Positions 40,149 through 50,286 are shown, counted from the stretch's first letter. The stretch: 64,000 bases of DNA from Prevotella sp. CAG:1092 (GCA_000436915.1 HF994128.1:60311-124310); one strand, 5' to 3'. Numbers and translations: made by a program. Notes: generated by a model from the letters alone, not told the origin.

Positions 40149-42272
40149 TTATTTTGCATTTATCTCCTTGAGCAAACGGTCTGCATGTCCCCAAGAGTCC
40201 ATCATATAGAGCACATAGCGGATATCAACGCCGATACAACGAGCCAAGTGGCTATCGAAGTTGATGTCTGAAGAAAGGCTATCCCAGTTGCCATCGAAGG
40301 CAAGTCCAATGAGGTTGCCATTACCATCAAACATAGGTGAACCAGAGTTACCGCCTGTGATATCATTGTTGGTGAGGAAGCAGAGCTGGAACTTACCTGT
40401 TGTTTGGTCTACATACTTTCCAAAGTTGTTAGAGCTAAAGAGCTTGTGCATGATAGGCTCTACCTGATAGTCGATAATCTTATTGCCCTTATCCATCTTC
40501 TCAACAATGCTCTCGGCAGTAGTATAATAGCCTGAAGGCTTGCCACCAAGGTCGAAGCCACCTATCTGACCATAGCTCAAACGCATGGTGAAGTTAGCGT
40601 CTGAATAGTGAGGAAGGTCTTCTTCCATGCGAAGCTTAGCAGCACAGAGATATTTCTCCTGCTTGTTGATATCGTCGCTTACGCTATTGATGTTTTCACG
40701 CAATACGCCGAGCACCTCCAAGAGGTCGAGACCAAGCTGCACACCTGGGTCTTTGAGATATGACTTGCGGTTGATGTAGATAGGCTTGCCACTCTTCATG
40801 AGGAATGAGTTAGCATAAAGATAGTCTACATACTTAGCATAGTCGCCACCAAACTTACTGTCGATGGTAGCATAGAACTTAGGAAGATATTTGCTATCTA
40901 CATGCTCACGATAGTTCTTCATCAATACTGCGAGCACCTCCTTGTCGAGAGCTTCATCCCATTCCTCGCTATTGTCAGCAAACTCTATATACTGCTTCGA
41001 CTTCTTGTTCTTTGGTCCCTTAACTTCCATTCTGTCGAGAGCCATAGCACGAGTAGTAAACTCGTTGGTACGACGGAAAGCCTCGCTATAGTTTGTCCAA
41101 ACCTTCATATATTCGAAGCGCTTGTCATAGAGTTGCTTCATCTTATCGAAGTCGAGCTGTCCCTTCAGATAGCCTGTAGAATCCTGATAAGCCTTGATAC
41201 GCTTCTCGTAGTCGCGCTTCAAATTGATGATGCCGATAGAGTCGATACACTTGTTCATACCAAGCGAGTTCTTCCAATAGTTAGAGCTCTGAGCATACTT
41301 AGAATCATACTTGATACGTACAGCCTCGTTGGCACGCATATGGCGAATCATCACATCTTGCTTTACACCACGCACCTGAGCACGAGGAGCATTCTGAGCA
41401 TCGCGCATCTCGTGGATACCAAAGCTTGATAGGTAGCGGCTTGTAGAACCAGGATAGCCGATGGTCATAGCGTAGTCGCCTTCCTTATATCCCTGCATGC
41501 TAACCTGAGCCCAACGCTTTGGATGGTAAGGCACATTGTCCTTGCTATATGCTGCAGGGCCATTGGTCTTAGGGTCGGCATAGATACGGAATACCGAGAA
41601 GTCGCAAGTCTGACGTGGCCACATCCAGTTGTCAGTCTCGCCACCAAACTTACCCATTGACTTAGGCACGGTGAACACCAAGCGGAGGTCGGTGAAGTCC
41701 TGATATGTGGTAGCATAATACTTGTTACCCTCATAGAAAGCATCGATATCGATATGGAGAGTAGAGTCTACCTTCTTAATAGAATCGGTAAGAGCATTCT
41801 GCAAAGAGTCGATGAGGTTAGCCTGATCGTTAGAGTTCATGTTGTCGATGCCAAGTGCAGTAAGGCGATCGGTAACATCCTTCTGATCAATCATAAAGCT
41901 AACGAACATATCCTCGTTAGGCAATTCCTCTTCGAAGCTCTTAGCATAGAAACCGTTGAGCATATAGTCGTGCTCTACGGTAGAATGTGAGCGAATAGCT
42001 TCGAAACCACAATGGTGGTTGGTAAACACAAGACCGTCTGGCGATACCACAACGCCAGAGCAATAACCAGAGAAGTTAACTACCGCGTTCTTCAAGGCGT
42101 TCTCGCCATTGTAGAGCTGATCATAAGTCATCTTGAAACCTTCTTGCTGCATAATGTTGTAAACAGCATTAGGCAAGTTGTAGATTGTCCACATACCCTC
42201 GTCAGCATGTGCGGTGTTGAGTCCGCAGAATGCCATCATCGAAGCGATAAGGACTGTTGCTTTTTTCTTCAT
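40149..42272 (-). CDS. S46-family dipeptidyl-peptidase (DPP7/DPP11-like)
   Basis: Signal peptide followed by DEGMW, and the …VVVSPDGLVFTNHHCG… His region. Catalytic Ser region GGNSGSPMFDGNGNLIGLAFDGNW. The ORF track starts at 42320; the internal Met start (MKKKATVLIASMMAF…) at 42272 is preferred. Confidence 0.8.
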   Translation of the reverse strand: MKKKATVLIASMMAFCGLNTAHADEGMWTIYNLPNAVYNIMQQEGFKMTYDQLYNGENALKNAVVNFSGYCSGVVVSPDGLVFTNHHCGFEAIRSHSTVEHDYMLNGFYAKSFEEELPNEDMFVSFMIDQKDVTDRLTALGIDNMNSNDQANLIDSLQNALTDSIKKVDSTLHIDIDAFYEGNKYYATTYQDFTDLRLVFTVPKSMGKFGGETDNWMWPRQTCDFSVFRIYADPKTNGPAAYSKDNVPYHPKRWAQVSMQGYKEGDYAMTIGYPGSTSRYLSSFGIHEMRDAQNAPRAQVRGVKQDVMIRHMRANEAVRIKYDSKYAQSSNYWKNSLGMNKCIDSIGIINLKRDYEKRIKAYQDSTGYLKGQLDFDKMKQLYDKRFEYMKVWTNYSEAFRRTNEFTTRAMALDRMEVKGPKNKKSKQYIEFADNSEEWDEALDKEVLAVLMKNYREHVDSKYLPKFYATIDSKFGGDYAKYVDYLYANSFLMKSGKPIYINRKSYLKDPGVQLGLDLLEVLGVLRENINSVSDDINKQEKYLCAAKLRMEEDLPHYSDANFTMRLSYGQIGGFDLGGKPSGYYTTAESIVEKMDKGNKIIDYQVEPIMHKLFSSNNFGKYVDQTTGKFQLCFLTNNDITGGNSGSPMFDGNGNLIGLAFDGNWDSLSSDINFDSHLARCIGVDIRYVLYMMDSWGHADRLLKEINAK

Positions 42273-42300
42273 TACTTGTTTTCCTGTTTTTATTATGATG

Positions 42301-42813
42301 TTATTTATTCTTTTTCTCATACCATTCTTTCCAAGTCTTCGCCAGTTCCGTCATTCTATATTGCTGACGAGGATGTCTTGGGGTGTTTGGGTATTTCCTT
42401 TCAATAGCTTTTTCTGAGAGGGCAGCGTTTAAATATAGTTCACTAAAACTTTTTCTATCCTTTAGTCCGATTGCACCCATAATTTCCGCAGATGTCATAT
42501 ATTCATCGTTAAAGGATAGAATAAGAGTCTCCACATGTTGACTGAACTTGTGGGGTACTTGTGGGGTACTTGAGGATAGCTTGCGGGGTACTTGTGGGGT
42601 ACCTATTCTTGGCTGCTCTTTCCAATCATCTGTCGGTCGGATATGCAAGTACCTATTTTTTAGAACCCAACCATCTTTAAGAAGTAAGTTCCTGAAGAAA
42701 CGAACCAGGTAGACAGGAGAGTATTCTATACCTTTTTGAATGTTGCGATAGTTGGCACGAACCAAAGCATTGCGGAAGTACCAGGAATGCTGGGCAAACA
42801 TATCGTTGTTCAC
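42301..42813 (-). pseudogene. C-terminal remnant of a putative DNA-binding regulator family (HATPase_c_4/'RecG-like' divergent-AAA type with C-terminal winged helix), lacking its N-terminal half and starting at GTG
   Basis: 170-aa ORF. Motif YFRNALVRANY resembles the [YF]RNPxLV/IA region of that family. The C-terminus (…TSAEIMGAIGLKDRKSFSELYLNAALSEKAIERKYPNTPRHPRQQYRMTE) is winged-helix-like. It has the same architecture as the frameshifted remnant at 58068-58468. Family assignment is tentative; a Fic-associated HTH is an alternative. Confidence 0.35.
42547..42601. repeat. Five tandem 11-bp repeats (CTTGTGGGGTA, third unit degenerate) inside the remnant ORF
   Basis: Exact 11-bp phasing at 42547/42558/42569/42580/42591. 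Not a multiple of 3, so each unit is read in a different frame (TPQVP…TPQVP). Confidence 0.7.
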
Positions 42814-42821
42814 CTCATAGC

Positions 42822-45800
42822 CTAACGAACGGAGATATTGGATGGTGAAAATCGCCGTGGTTCAAGAGCAGAGATACCATCAGGAGTAGCTGTCTTGTAA
42901 GAGAGAAGTGTGAATTCAGCTTCATCACCTGCTATGCGGAAGTAGCCAACTACGCTCTCTACATTAGCCATCATAGACTCGTCGAGTGAGTGAGTTCTGT
43001 CAGCGATTTCAGCCTTAGTATCACCCTTAACAAGCTGGAAGTGATCATCCTTGTTCTTGTTTACAGTAATACCCTTAAACTCATAGAGACGGTAGTTGTT
43101 TTCTGCCTTCAATACCTCTGCGAAATCAGCCTCGGTAGGAACAACAGGAGCCTCTGTAGTAGTAATATCTGAATTAGCTGTGTTTTCACATACCTCGATA
43201 GAACCATAGCTATATTTTGCATAGAGATAGCCATTGAGAACTACACCCTGTTTGAATTCGTCTTTCAACATTTCCGTTCCAACAGCCTCAGCAAAGAAGT
43301 ACTGAGCATTAAATGCGCCAGTCTTATCTTCGATGATTGCAGAAGACATTGAAGCGTCAGCTACAGTAATCTGAGCATCTGTAAGCTTCAACTTAATAGT
43401 TGCACCTTCGTTCTCTTCACCAAGCTTGTTCAACTCTGCAATGCTGTTAACCTCGATAGGTGCTGCAGGAGCTGCCTCATAAGATAAAGGAGTAAAGAAA
43501 TACTTAGGAGTTTCCTGATCTAATGATTCGTACTCTGCATACAAAATACCTGTAACGCTCTGAAGCTTTTCTGGCATATTGCTTCCATCAGAGAACCATA
43601 ATGCGAAAGCATCACGAAGCTGTATTGACTGTTCACCCTGACAGATATCAAAGTTTGGAGCTTCCTCTGTACCCACATTCTTAATAGTTACATCTTTGAC
43701 TTTAAACAAGTGTAAATCGTTCTCTGGCTTAATAACTTCAGCAAGAGTTGCCTCGGTAGGTACTACTGTTGAAGGAGTAGGTGTTATTTGTGATTTCTCT
43801 GTATCCTCTGATACACAAAGAGAGTTAGGCCAGTTGTATGTTGCATAAAGGGTACCATTGAGAACTGAACCTTCCTCAAAGTTGCCTTCTAACAAACCTT
43901 CAGCAGTGGCCTCCATCATAAGATCGCTTATATCAATAGCACCTGTAGCATCTTCCAAAATAGCGAAGTCTATCATTTCCATACCTCCGTAACTACTCTT
44001 GTGCAAAGCAGTAATCTTAGCATCGTGGAGGTTAAACTTAACTGGTACTTCATCCAATTCGCTCTCAACCTTAATAGCACGCAATTCAGCGATGCTGTTA
44101 ACTTCGGTGTAAGCAGGAGCAACTTCGCCTACCTTAACAAGACGGAAGCGTGTGAATGACATCCACTGATGTTGCTTATCGGTTACACCCTGTACACCAA
44201 GGTTTACGACAGCATCATCCTCGGTAACCTCAAACTCTACAGAGTTATCGTTCCAACCACGATCGAAGAGTTCGCCTGAAGCACCAACATGCTTCATTTC
44301 AGCACGAGCCTCACCTGCAAAGAGTGCAAATGAAGTAAGATCTGCCGATGCACGTGATGTTGCTGTGAGCAAGTACTTACCCTTAGGCAAAGTTACGTCT
44401 TGAGAGAATGTTACATCCCAAGCATTGTCATTCCAGCTACCACCATCGAAGTAAGAGTGAGTAGAGTTTCCTTCTGCATCGGTGAATGGTTCTGCTGTCT
44501 TAATATTAATAGCACCCTTGTTGATTTCACCAAGAGCTGTTGTCCAACCCTCCAAGGCCTCAGCGTTAGGGTTCTTGATAGACTCGGTATAGTTGGTAGC
44601 ACCCTCTACGCCTTCTGCCAAAGCATTAGACTCAACGATAGAACGAACAGCAGCAACAAGAGCAGAAGCCTTAGCTGTAGCTTCCTCTGCATTCTTGGCT
44701 GTAGCTACAAGAGCATCTGCAAGTGCAGAAGCCTTCTCTTCGCTTGCATACTTATAAGCAGCAACTTCGAAATCCTTATACTGAGCTTTGGCTGTTGCCA
44801 ATGCTACATAAGCGTCCTTAGCACCTTTGAATGTATTGGTAGCCTCATTGAGAGCTGTTGTTGCAGCAATATAGGCCTCCTTAGTTTCCTCTGCAACTGT
44901 GCTGTTAGCATCAATAGCTGCGGTCAAAGCAGTACGCTCGTCGCCAACAACTTCTGCATAAGTATCATCAGAAACTGCAGCCTTTGCAGCTGCGAGAGCT
45001 GCCTCGTAAGCCCCTTTGAATACAGCGACATCGTTAACCTCTCCATAGTATGTAAGACGGAAATTGTCGAAGCAAGCCCAGTCGGCAGCCACCTTCTCAA
45101 CCTTCTTAACACCAATTTTTAATGTTCCGTCAGAAACAACCACTGGATCAAGAGCCAAATTATAGGCACCAGCCGAGAAGAATTTACTTGCATCAGCCTG
45201 ACTATTTGGGAACTTGCCTCCGATACCTTCTGCAGAAGAACCAGCATCTACCTTGCCTGCATCTGCATAGACAGAAGGTAATGATGTCTCTACTGTATTT
45301 GCGTAAGCTTTTGCATAAAGATTTTCGCTACCATTAAGGTGAGCTGGTGCAGAAATTTTTATTTCACCATTACGATAGAAACCTTGAAGTTCTAAAACAT
45401 ACTTTCCATTAGGAACCTTAATAGTTTGGTAAACATCGAAGTCGGTATTATACTTCTCTGCGTTCATATTGGTGACGTCGCCACCAGGCTTCACGCTTCC
45501 CTGCCATGTATTGTTACGTGTATCGTTGCGTCCGATGTTGTGACCCTTGATAAGCCATGTAGCATCCATACCAGCCTCTGCAGTAGCATTAGCGAGGGCA
45601 GCAATACGCTCAGCTTCTGTAACGAACACCCACTTAGCATAGTCATTATCAGTTGTCTGAAGAACAACATCCTGATTACCTTCCTGAGCCGAGAGGTTCT
45701 TCTCACCATTATTGATATAGAATGCAGGTGTACCATCAGTAGCAGTTGTAGCTACGAATGTCCATGTGAATGAAGCACCATCGGTAAATTCTCCATTCAA

Positions 45801-47060
45801 GAAGTTCTTGGCACCGCCATTAGAAATCTGAGTGTCGATAGTATACTTACCCTCTTCCAATGTTGCAAGTTTTACATCAAAGCCATGGTCGTCAACAATA
45901 GCGTGTGAGCCCCAAGAGCTACCAGCAGCCATAAACTTGCCTGTAGCAACATTCTTGATATAATATGTGCCAGCCTCTGGATAAGCAGGACCTTCTGGCT
46001 TAGCAACGATATCCTCAGCGCTTGTAGGAGCAATTTCTACAATAACATCAGTAGAACCCTTTGCTACGAAAGGAATGATGATACCGCTAATGCTCTGAAT
46101 ATTTTCAGGAAGAGTATATTCAACATTGAACTTGTTGTAAAGTTGAATCTTGTTTTCGCCATTTACGAGGTATGTCTTACCATCAGCCTCTTCGATAGTA
46201 AAATCGGTAAGTGTGACATACTTCAAATAAGAAGTAGCCTTCATAGCGTCAGCAAATTCCATTGCTACAGGAGCTACAGCGTCGCCATCGGTAATGGTAA
46301 GAGCTGTAACATCGGTATTAGCAGTCTTTGCAGCCTGTGGCATACCCATAAATTCACTATACTTAGCCTCTATAGTACCATTGATTACCTGACCTGCTGT
46401 TGCTTTAATACCCCAGTTATAGAAGTCGATAGCACCTGTAGCGTCTTCAACGATCAAGTCTTTGCTTCCAGCATAAACCACCTTACCATTGGTAACAGTA
46501 AGCTTCACAGCCTTATCTTTCTCACAAGCCTTGAGAGAAGCGAAGTCTGCAATCTCTGGCAACACAACTACTTCTGCACCTTCGCCTGGATCTGCGATAG
46601 TGAGGACTGCCTTTTCAATCTTATTTGTACCAGTTGCAGTAAACTTCACGGCATTCACCTGTTCTTTAGGCTGGACCCAAGTTTTAGAAGTGCAAGTTCC
46701 GACCTCAGGAGTACTCTTAAAATCTGTTGCTGTAAATTCTATTTTTTCTATTACCTTACCTTCAGGGGCTGTGAAAGTGAATGAGCCGCCATTCTTATAA
46801 ACACGTAAGTCAATAGCACTATTAGTTACCCACATCTTGGTTTTGTTAGTACCATCAGTAGTTGTCAGAGTTACTCCATCTTGCAAAATTGGAGATGTAA
46901 TGGCACCCTTGTCTACTTCACCAGTGTTACTAGAACTCAAAGGCAATCCCCACGGATTAGCTGCAAAATCGAAAGTCACGGTAGTTCTTGCCAACAACCC
47001 AGCAGGCATAGCCAACAATAGCATCAAAATGCTAAGAAACGAATACGTAAATTTCTTCAT
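42822..47060 (-). CDS. Very large secreted surface protein paralogous to 36863-39763, with three copies of the shared ~200-aa module but without a T9SS C-terminal domain
   Basis: 1412-aa ORF with signal peptide. Modules beginning EVNSIAEL… align with the 966-aa protein. Homology to the 966-aa protein ends right after …KTATPDGIS and the ORF terminates 15 codons later, where the remnant gene begins. Confidence 0.7.
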   Translation of the reverse strand: MKKFTYSFLSILMLLLAMPAGLLARTTVTFDFAANPWGLPLSSSNTGEVDKGAITSPILQDGVTLTTTDGTNKTKMWVTNSAIDLRVYKNGGSFTFTAPEGKVIEKIEFTATDFKSTPEVGTCTSKTWVQPKEQVNAVKFTATGTNKIEKAVLTIADPGEGAEVVVLPEIADFASLKACEKDKAVKLTVTNGKVVYAGSKDLIVEDATGAIDFYNWGIKATAGQVINGTIEAKYSEFMGMPQAAKTANTDVTALTITDGDAVAPVAMEFADAMKATSYLKYVTLTDFTIEEADGKTYLVNGENKIQLYNKFNVEYTLPENIQSISGIIIPFVAKGSTDVIVEIAPTSAEDIVAKPEGPAYPEAGTYYIKNVATGKFMAAGSSWGSHAIVDDHGFDVKLATLEEGKYTIDTQISNGGAKNFLNGEFTDGASFTWTFVATTATDGTPAFYINNGEKNLSAQEGNQDVVLQTTDNDYAKWVFVTEAERIAALANATAEAGMDATWLIKGHNIGRNDTRNNTWQGSVKPGGDVTNMNAEKYNTDFDVYQTIKVPNGKYVLELQGFYRNGEIKISAPAHLNGSENLYAKAYANTVETSLPSVYADAGKVDAGSSAEGIGGKFPNSQADASKFFSAGAYNLALDPVVVSDGTLKIGVKKVEKVAADWACFDNFRLTYYGEVNDVAVFKGAYEAALAAAKAAVSDDTYAEVVGDERTALTAAIDANSTVAEETKEAYIAATTALNEATNTFKGAKDAYVALATAKAQYKDFEVAAYKYASEEKASALADALVATAKNAEEATAKASALVAAVRSIVESNALAEGVEGATNYTESIKNPNAEALEGWTTALGEINKGAINIKTAEPFTDAEGNSTHSYFDGGSWNDNAWDVTFSQDVTLPKGKYLLTATSRASADLTSFALFAGEARAEMKHVGASGELFDRGWNDNSVEFEVTEDDAVVNLGVQGVTDKQHQWMSFTRFRLVKVGEVAPAYTEVNSIAELRAIKVESELDEVPVKFNLHDAKITALHKSSYGGMEMIDFAILEDATGAIDISDLMMEATAEGLLEGNFEEGSVLNGTLYATYNWPNSLCVSEDTEKSQITPTPSTVVPTEATLAEVIKPENDLHLFKVKDVTIKNVGTEEAPNFDICQGEQSIQLRDAFALWFSDGSNMPEKLQSVTGILYAEYESLDQETPKYFFTPLSYEAAPAAPIEVNSIAELNKLGEENEGATIKLKLTDAQITVADASMSSAIIEDKTGAFNAQYFFAEAVGTEMLKDEFKQGVVLNGYLYAKYSYGSIEVCENTANSDITTTEAPVVPTEADFAEVLKAENNYRLYEFKGITVNKNKDDHFQLVKGDTKAEIADRTHSLDESMMANVESVVGYFRIAGDEAEFTLLSYKTATPDGISALEPRRFSPSNISVR

Positions 47061-47414
47061 GTATCAATAAAATTTGTCAGTCGTTGCGTCTCCGTCAATA
47101 GGCACAATAATAAAGGTAAATGTCAAGTTGAGACTTCCGTTGACGGTTTACAATTCTTCTCGTCTCAGGAGTAAGAACGGAAGCCACGTTAAACAAAACT
47201 GCTGTTTGAGTGTCAAAAATAACATATTTTAATTCATAAAATTGCCGTAAAGATAGCGAATATTATCGAAATTACCAAATAAAAACAGGTTTTTATGTTT
47301 TTTGTATCATCTTTGCATCACAAATCCTTAAAAAAAATAAAAATATAGATATATAATAAGGTATAAGAAAAGTTTTAATTACTTTTGTGCCCCATAATTT
47401 ATACATTTCGTAGT

Positions 47415-49736
47415 ATGCAAGAAAATCTAGTGATTGTAGAGAGCCCCGCAAAGGCTAAGACAATAGAGAAGTTTTTAGGCTCCGACTTCAAGGTGATGTC
47501 GAGCTACGGACATATTCGTGACCTCAAGAAACGTGAGTTGAGTATTGATGAAAAGACAATGATGCCTCACTATGAGATTCCTGAGGAGAAGAAGAAACTC
47601 GTTGCAGAACTAAAGAGCAATGCAAAGAAGGCAAAGCAGATTTGGTTGGCATCCGATGAGGACCGCGAAGGAGAAGCCATCAGCTGGCACCTTTGCGAAG
47701 TATTAGGATTGGACGAGGAGAAGACAAAGCGTATCGTGTTCCATGAAATTACTAAGTCGGCTATTCTTAAGGCTATAGAGACTCCACGCCTTCTCGACAT
47801 GAACCTTGTGAATGCACAGCAGGCTCGCCGTGTGCTCGACCGTATAGTAGGTTTTAAGCTCTCGCCAGTATTGTGGCGCAAGGTTAAACCATCACTCTCT
47901 GCCGGACGTGTGCAGAGTGTAGCTGTAAGACTCATCGTAGAGCGTGAGCGCGAGATGCAGGCTTTCAAGAGTGAGCCATACTACAGAGTGAATGCCATAT
48001 TCCAGGTTACTGGAGCCGATGGCACAAAGAGCGAGCTAAAGGCAGAACTCGACACTCGATTCAAGACTCACGAAGAGGCTGTGGAATTCTTGAATCAATG
48101 CAAGGATGCTCACTTCACCGTGGCTTCTATACAGAAGAAGCCTTTGAAGCGTATGCCTGCTCCTCCTTTCACAACATCTACACTTCAGCAGGAGGCAGCC
48201 CGCAAGTTGGGCTTTACTGTTAGCCAGACCATGATGGTGGCTCAGCATCTATATGAGAACGGACGCATCACATACATGCGTACCGATAGTGTGAACTTAT
48301 CGCAGTTGGCACTCAACGGTAGCGAAGCTTTGGTGAAGGAGCTTTATGGCGACAACTTCTCAAAAAGACGCAACTACCACACAAGTTCTAAGGGTGCTCA
48401 GGAAGCTCACGAGGCTATCCGCCCTACTGTTATGGATCAGCAGACCATAGAGGGAACTGTACAGGAGCGCCGCCTATACAACTTGATATGGAAGCGCACC
48501 ATAGCTTCGCAGATGGCTGATGCACAGTTGGAGAAGACAACTATCACTATCGACGTAAACAACTCTTCGTATAAGTTTGTTGCTAATGGCGAGGTTGTTA
48601 CATTCGACGGATTCTTGAAGGTTTACACAGAGTCTACCGACGACGACAACCAGAATGCAGAAGAATCAGATTTGTTGCCAGTTATCAACGAAGGCGACGA
48701 GCTACAGCAGGAGGAGATAACATCTACAGAAAGATTCAGCCAGGGTCCTACCAGATATACTGAAGCAAGTCTTGTACACAAGCTTGAGGAATTGGGCATC
48801 GGTCGTCCTTCTACCTATGCTCCAACAATCTCTACCATCCAGCAGCGCGAATATGTGCAGAAGGGTGACAAGAATGGAGAGGAACGCACATACGTGATAG
48901 ACACCTTGAAGAATGGCGTTAAGACTTCGAAGACCAAGACCGAGATGGCTGGCTCTGACAAGGGTAAGCTGTTGCCAACAGATATCGGTATGGTGGTTAA
49001 CGACTTCTTGATGAAGAACTTCCCAGAGATTATGGACTACAACTTCACCGCACGTGTGGAGGAGCAGTTCGACCAAATAGCCGAAGGCAAAGAGGAATGG
49101 CTACAGATGATGAAGACTTTCGACAAAGACTTTGAGCCTGTGGTAGACAAGGTAATGAACGAAAGATCAGAGCATAAGGCTGGCGAACGTATGCTTGGCA
49201 ACGACCCTAAGACTGGTAAGCCTGTATATGTGAAGATATGCCGCTTCGGACCTGCTGTACAGATTGGCTCGGCTGAGGACAATGATAAGCCACAGTTTGC
49301 TCAGATGCCTGCAGATAAGAGTATCGAGACTATCACACTCGAAGAGGCTCTTGAACTATTCAAGCTTCCACGCACATTGGGCGACTTCGAAGGTTCGCCT
49401 GTGGTTATCGGAGCAGGAAGATTCGGACCTTACGTATTGCACAACAAGAAATATGCTTCGCTGCCAAAGGGCGAAGACCCAATGACAATATCTCTCACAA
49501 GCGCTATAACCATTATCATGGACAAGCGCAAGCAGGAGCAACAACGCCATATCAAAGCTTTCAACGAGGATACTAAGTTGGAAGTGCTGAACGGACGCTA
49601 TGGTCCTTATCTCGCCTACGACGGCAAGAACTATCGTTTGCCAAAGTCTATGCACGAGAATGCAGCAGATCTTACCTACGAACAATGTATGGAGGTGATA
49701 AACGCTGCACCAGAACCAAAGGCAAGAAAGAAATAA
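47415..49736 (+). CDS. topA: DNA topoisomerase I
   Basis: Toprim N-terminus (LVIVESPAKAKTIEKFLG), active-site region (…RITYMRTDS…) and C-terminal repeats. The ORF track starts at 47385; the internal Met at 47415 is preferred. Confidence 0.92.
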   Translation: MQENLVIVESPAKAKTIEKFLGSDFKVMSSYGHIRDLKKRELSIDEKTMMPHYEIPEEKKKLVAELKSNAKKAKQIWLASDEDREGEAISWHLCEVLGLDEEKTKRIVFHEITKSAILKAIETPRLLDMNLVNAQQARRVLDRIVGFKLSPVLWRKVKPSLSAGRVQSVAVRLIVEREREMQAFKSEPYYRVNAIFQVTGADGTKSELKAELDTRFKTHEEAVEFLNQCKDAHFTVASIQKKPLKRMPAPPFTTSTLQQEAARKLGFTVSQTMMVAQHLYENGRITYMRTDSVNLSQLALNGSEALVKELYGDNFSKRRNYHTSSKGAQEAHEAIRPTVMDQQTIEGTVQERRLYNLIWKRTIASQMADAQLEKTTITIDVNNSSYKFVANGEVVTFDGFLKVYTESTDDDNQNAEESDLLPVINEGDELQQEEITSTERFSQGPTRYTEASLVHKLEELGIGRPSTYAPTISTIQQREYVQKGDKNGEERTYVIDTLKNGVKTSKTKTEMAGSDKGKLLPTDIGMVVNDFLMKNFPEIMDYNFTARVEEQFDQIAEGKEEWLQMMKTFDKDFEPVVDKVMNERSEHKAGERMLGNDPKTGKPVYVKICRFGPAVQIGSAEDNDKPQFAQMPADKSIETITLEEALELFKLPRTLGDFEGSPVVIGAGRFGPYVLHNKKYASLPKGEDPMTISLTSAITIIMDKRKQEQQRHIKAFNEDTKLEVLNGRYGPYLAYDGKNYRLPKSMHENAADLTYEQCMEVINAAPEPKARKK

Positions 49737-49748
49737 ACGAAAACTATC

Positions 49749-50279
49749 ATGACGAGGATTATCTTCATAGGATATATGGGGTCGGGAAAGACTACCGTAG
49801 GCAAGGCACTAAGCAAGGAGCTTGGATTGCCTTTCTACGATCTCGACTGGTATATAGAGAGCAGAATGCACAAAACGGTAAAGCAACTCTTCGACAGCGT
49901 TGGCGAAGAGGGCTTTCGAGAGATTGAGCGCAATATGCTTCACGAGGTGGCAGAGTTTGAGGATGTTATCATTAGTTGTGGCGGAGGCACTCCATGCTTC
50001 TTCGACAATATCGACTACATCAATCAGCAGGGCGACACCATCTACCTAAAGGCTTCGCCAGAGGTGCTATACGGACATCTGAAGATGGGAAAGACCGTAC
50101 GCCCTTTGCTGTTGAACAAGACTCATGACGAGGTTCGCGAGTTTATCCACGAACAGTTGGAACAGCGCAAGCCTTTCTATGAAAAGGCTAAATACACTCT
50201 CAACGTAGACCTCATGGACAACTATGAGAAGATAAAGATTTCAGTAGAAAAAGTAAAAGAACTGCTAAACATCGAATAA
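49749..50279 (+). CDS. aroK: Shikimate kinase
   Basis: 176-aa ORF with Walker A GYMGSGKTTVGK near the N-terminus. Confidence 0.85.
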   Translation: MTRIIFIGYMGSGKTTVGKALSKELGLPFYDLDWYIESRMHKTVKQLFDSVGEEGFREIERNMLHEVAEFEDVIISCGGGTPCFFDNIDYINQQGDTIYLKASPEVLYGHLKMGKTVRPLLLNKTHDEVREFIHEQLEQRKPFYEKAKYTLNVDLMDNYEKIKISVEKVKELLNIE

Positions 50280-50286
50280 AAGAAGA

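Noticed and set aside
42538-42610. 11-bp tandem repeats considered as a CRISPR-like or VNTR coding repeat
   Set aside because: Units are only 11 bp with no spacers, so not CRISPR. The period is not a multiple of 3, so not a true in-frame peptide repeat. Interpreted as slippage-generated DNA in a decayed gene.
42822-42900. Searched the other two frames after the …DGIS junction of the 1412-aa gene for a frameshifted T9SS C-terminal domain
   Set aside because: The other frames give short unrelated peptides with stops and no NLNG…GIYVV-like C-terminal domain. The domain appears deleted or replaced rather than frameshifted.
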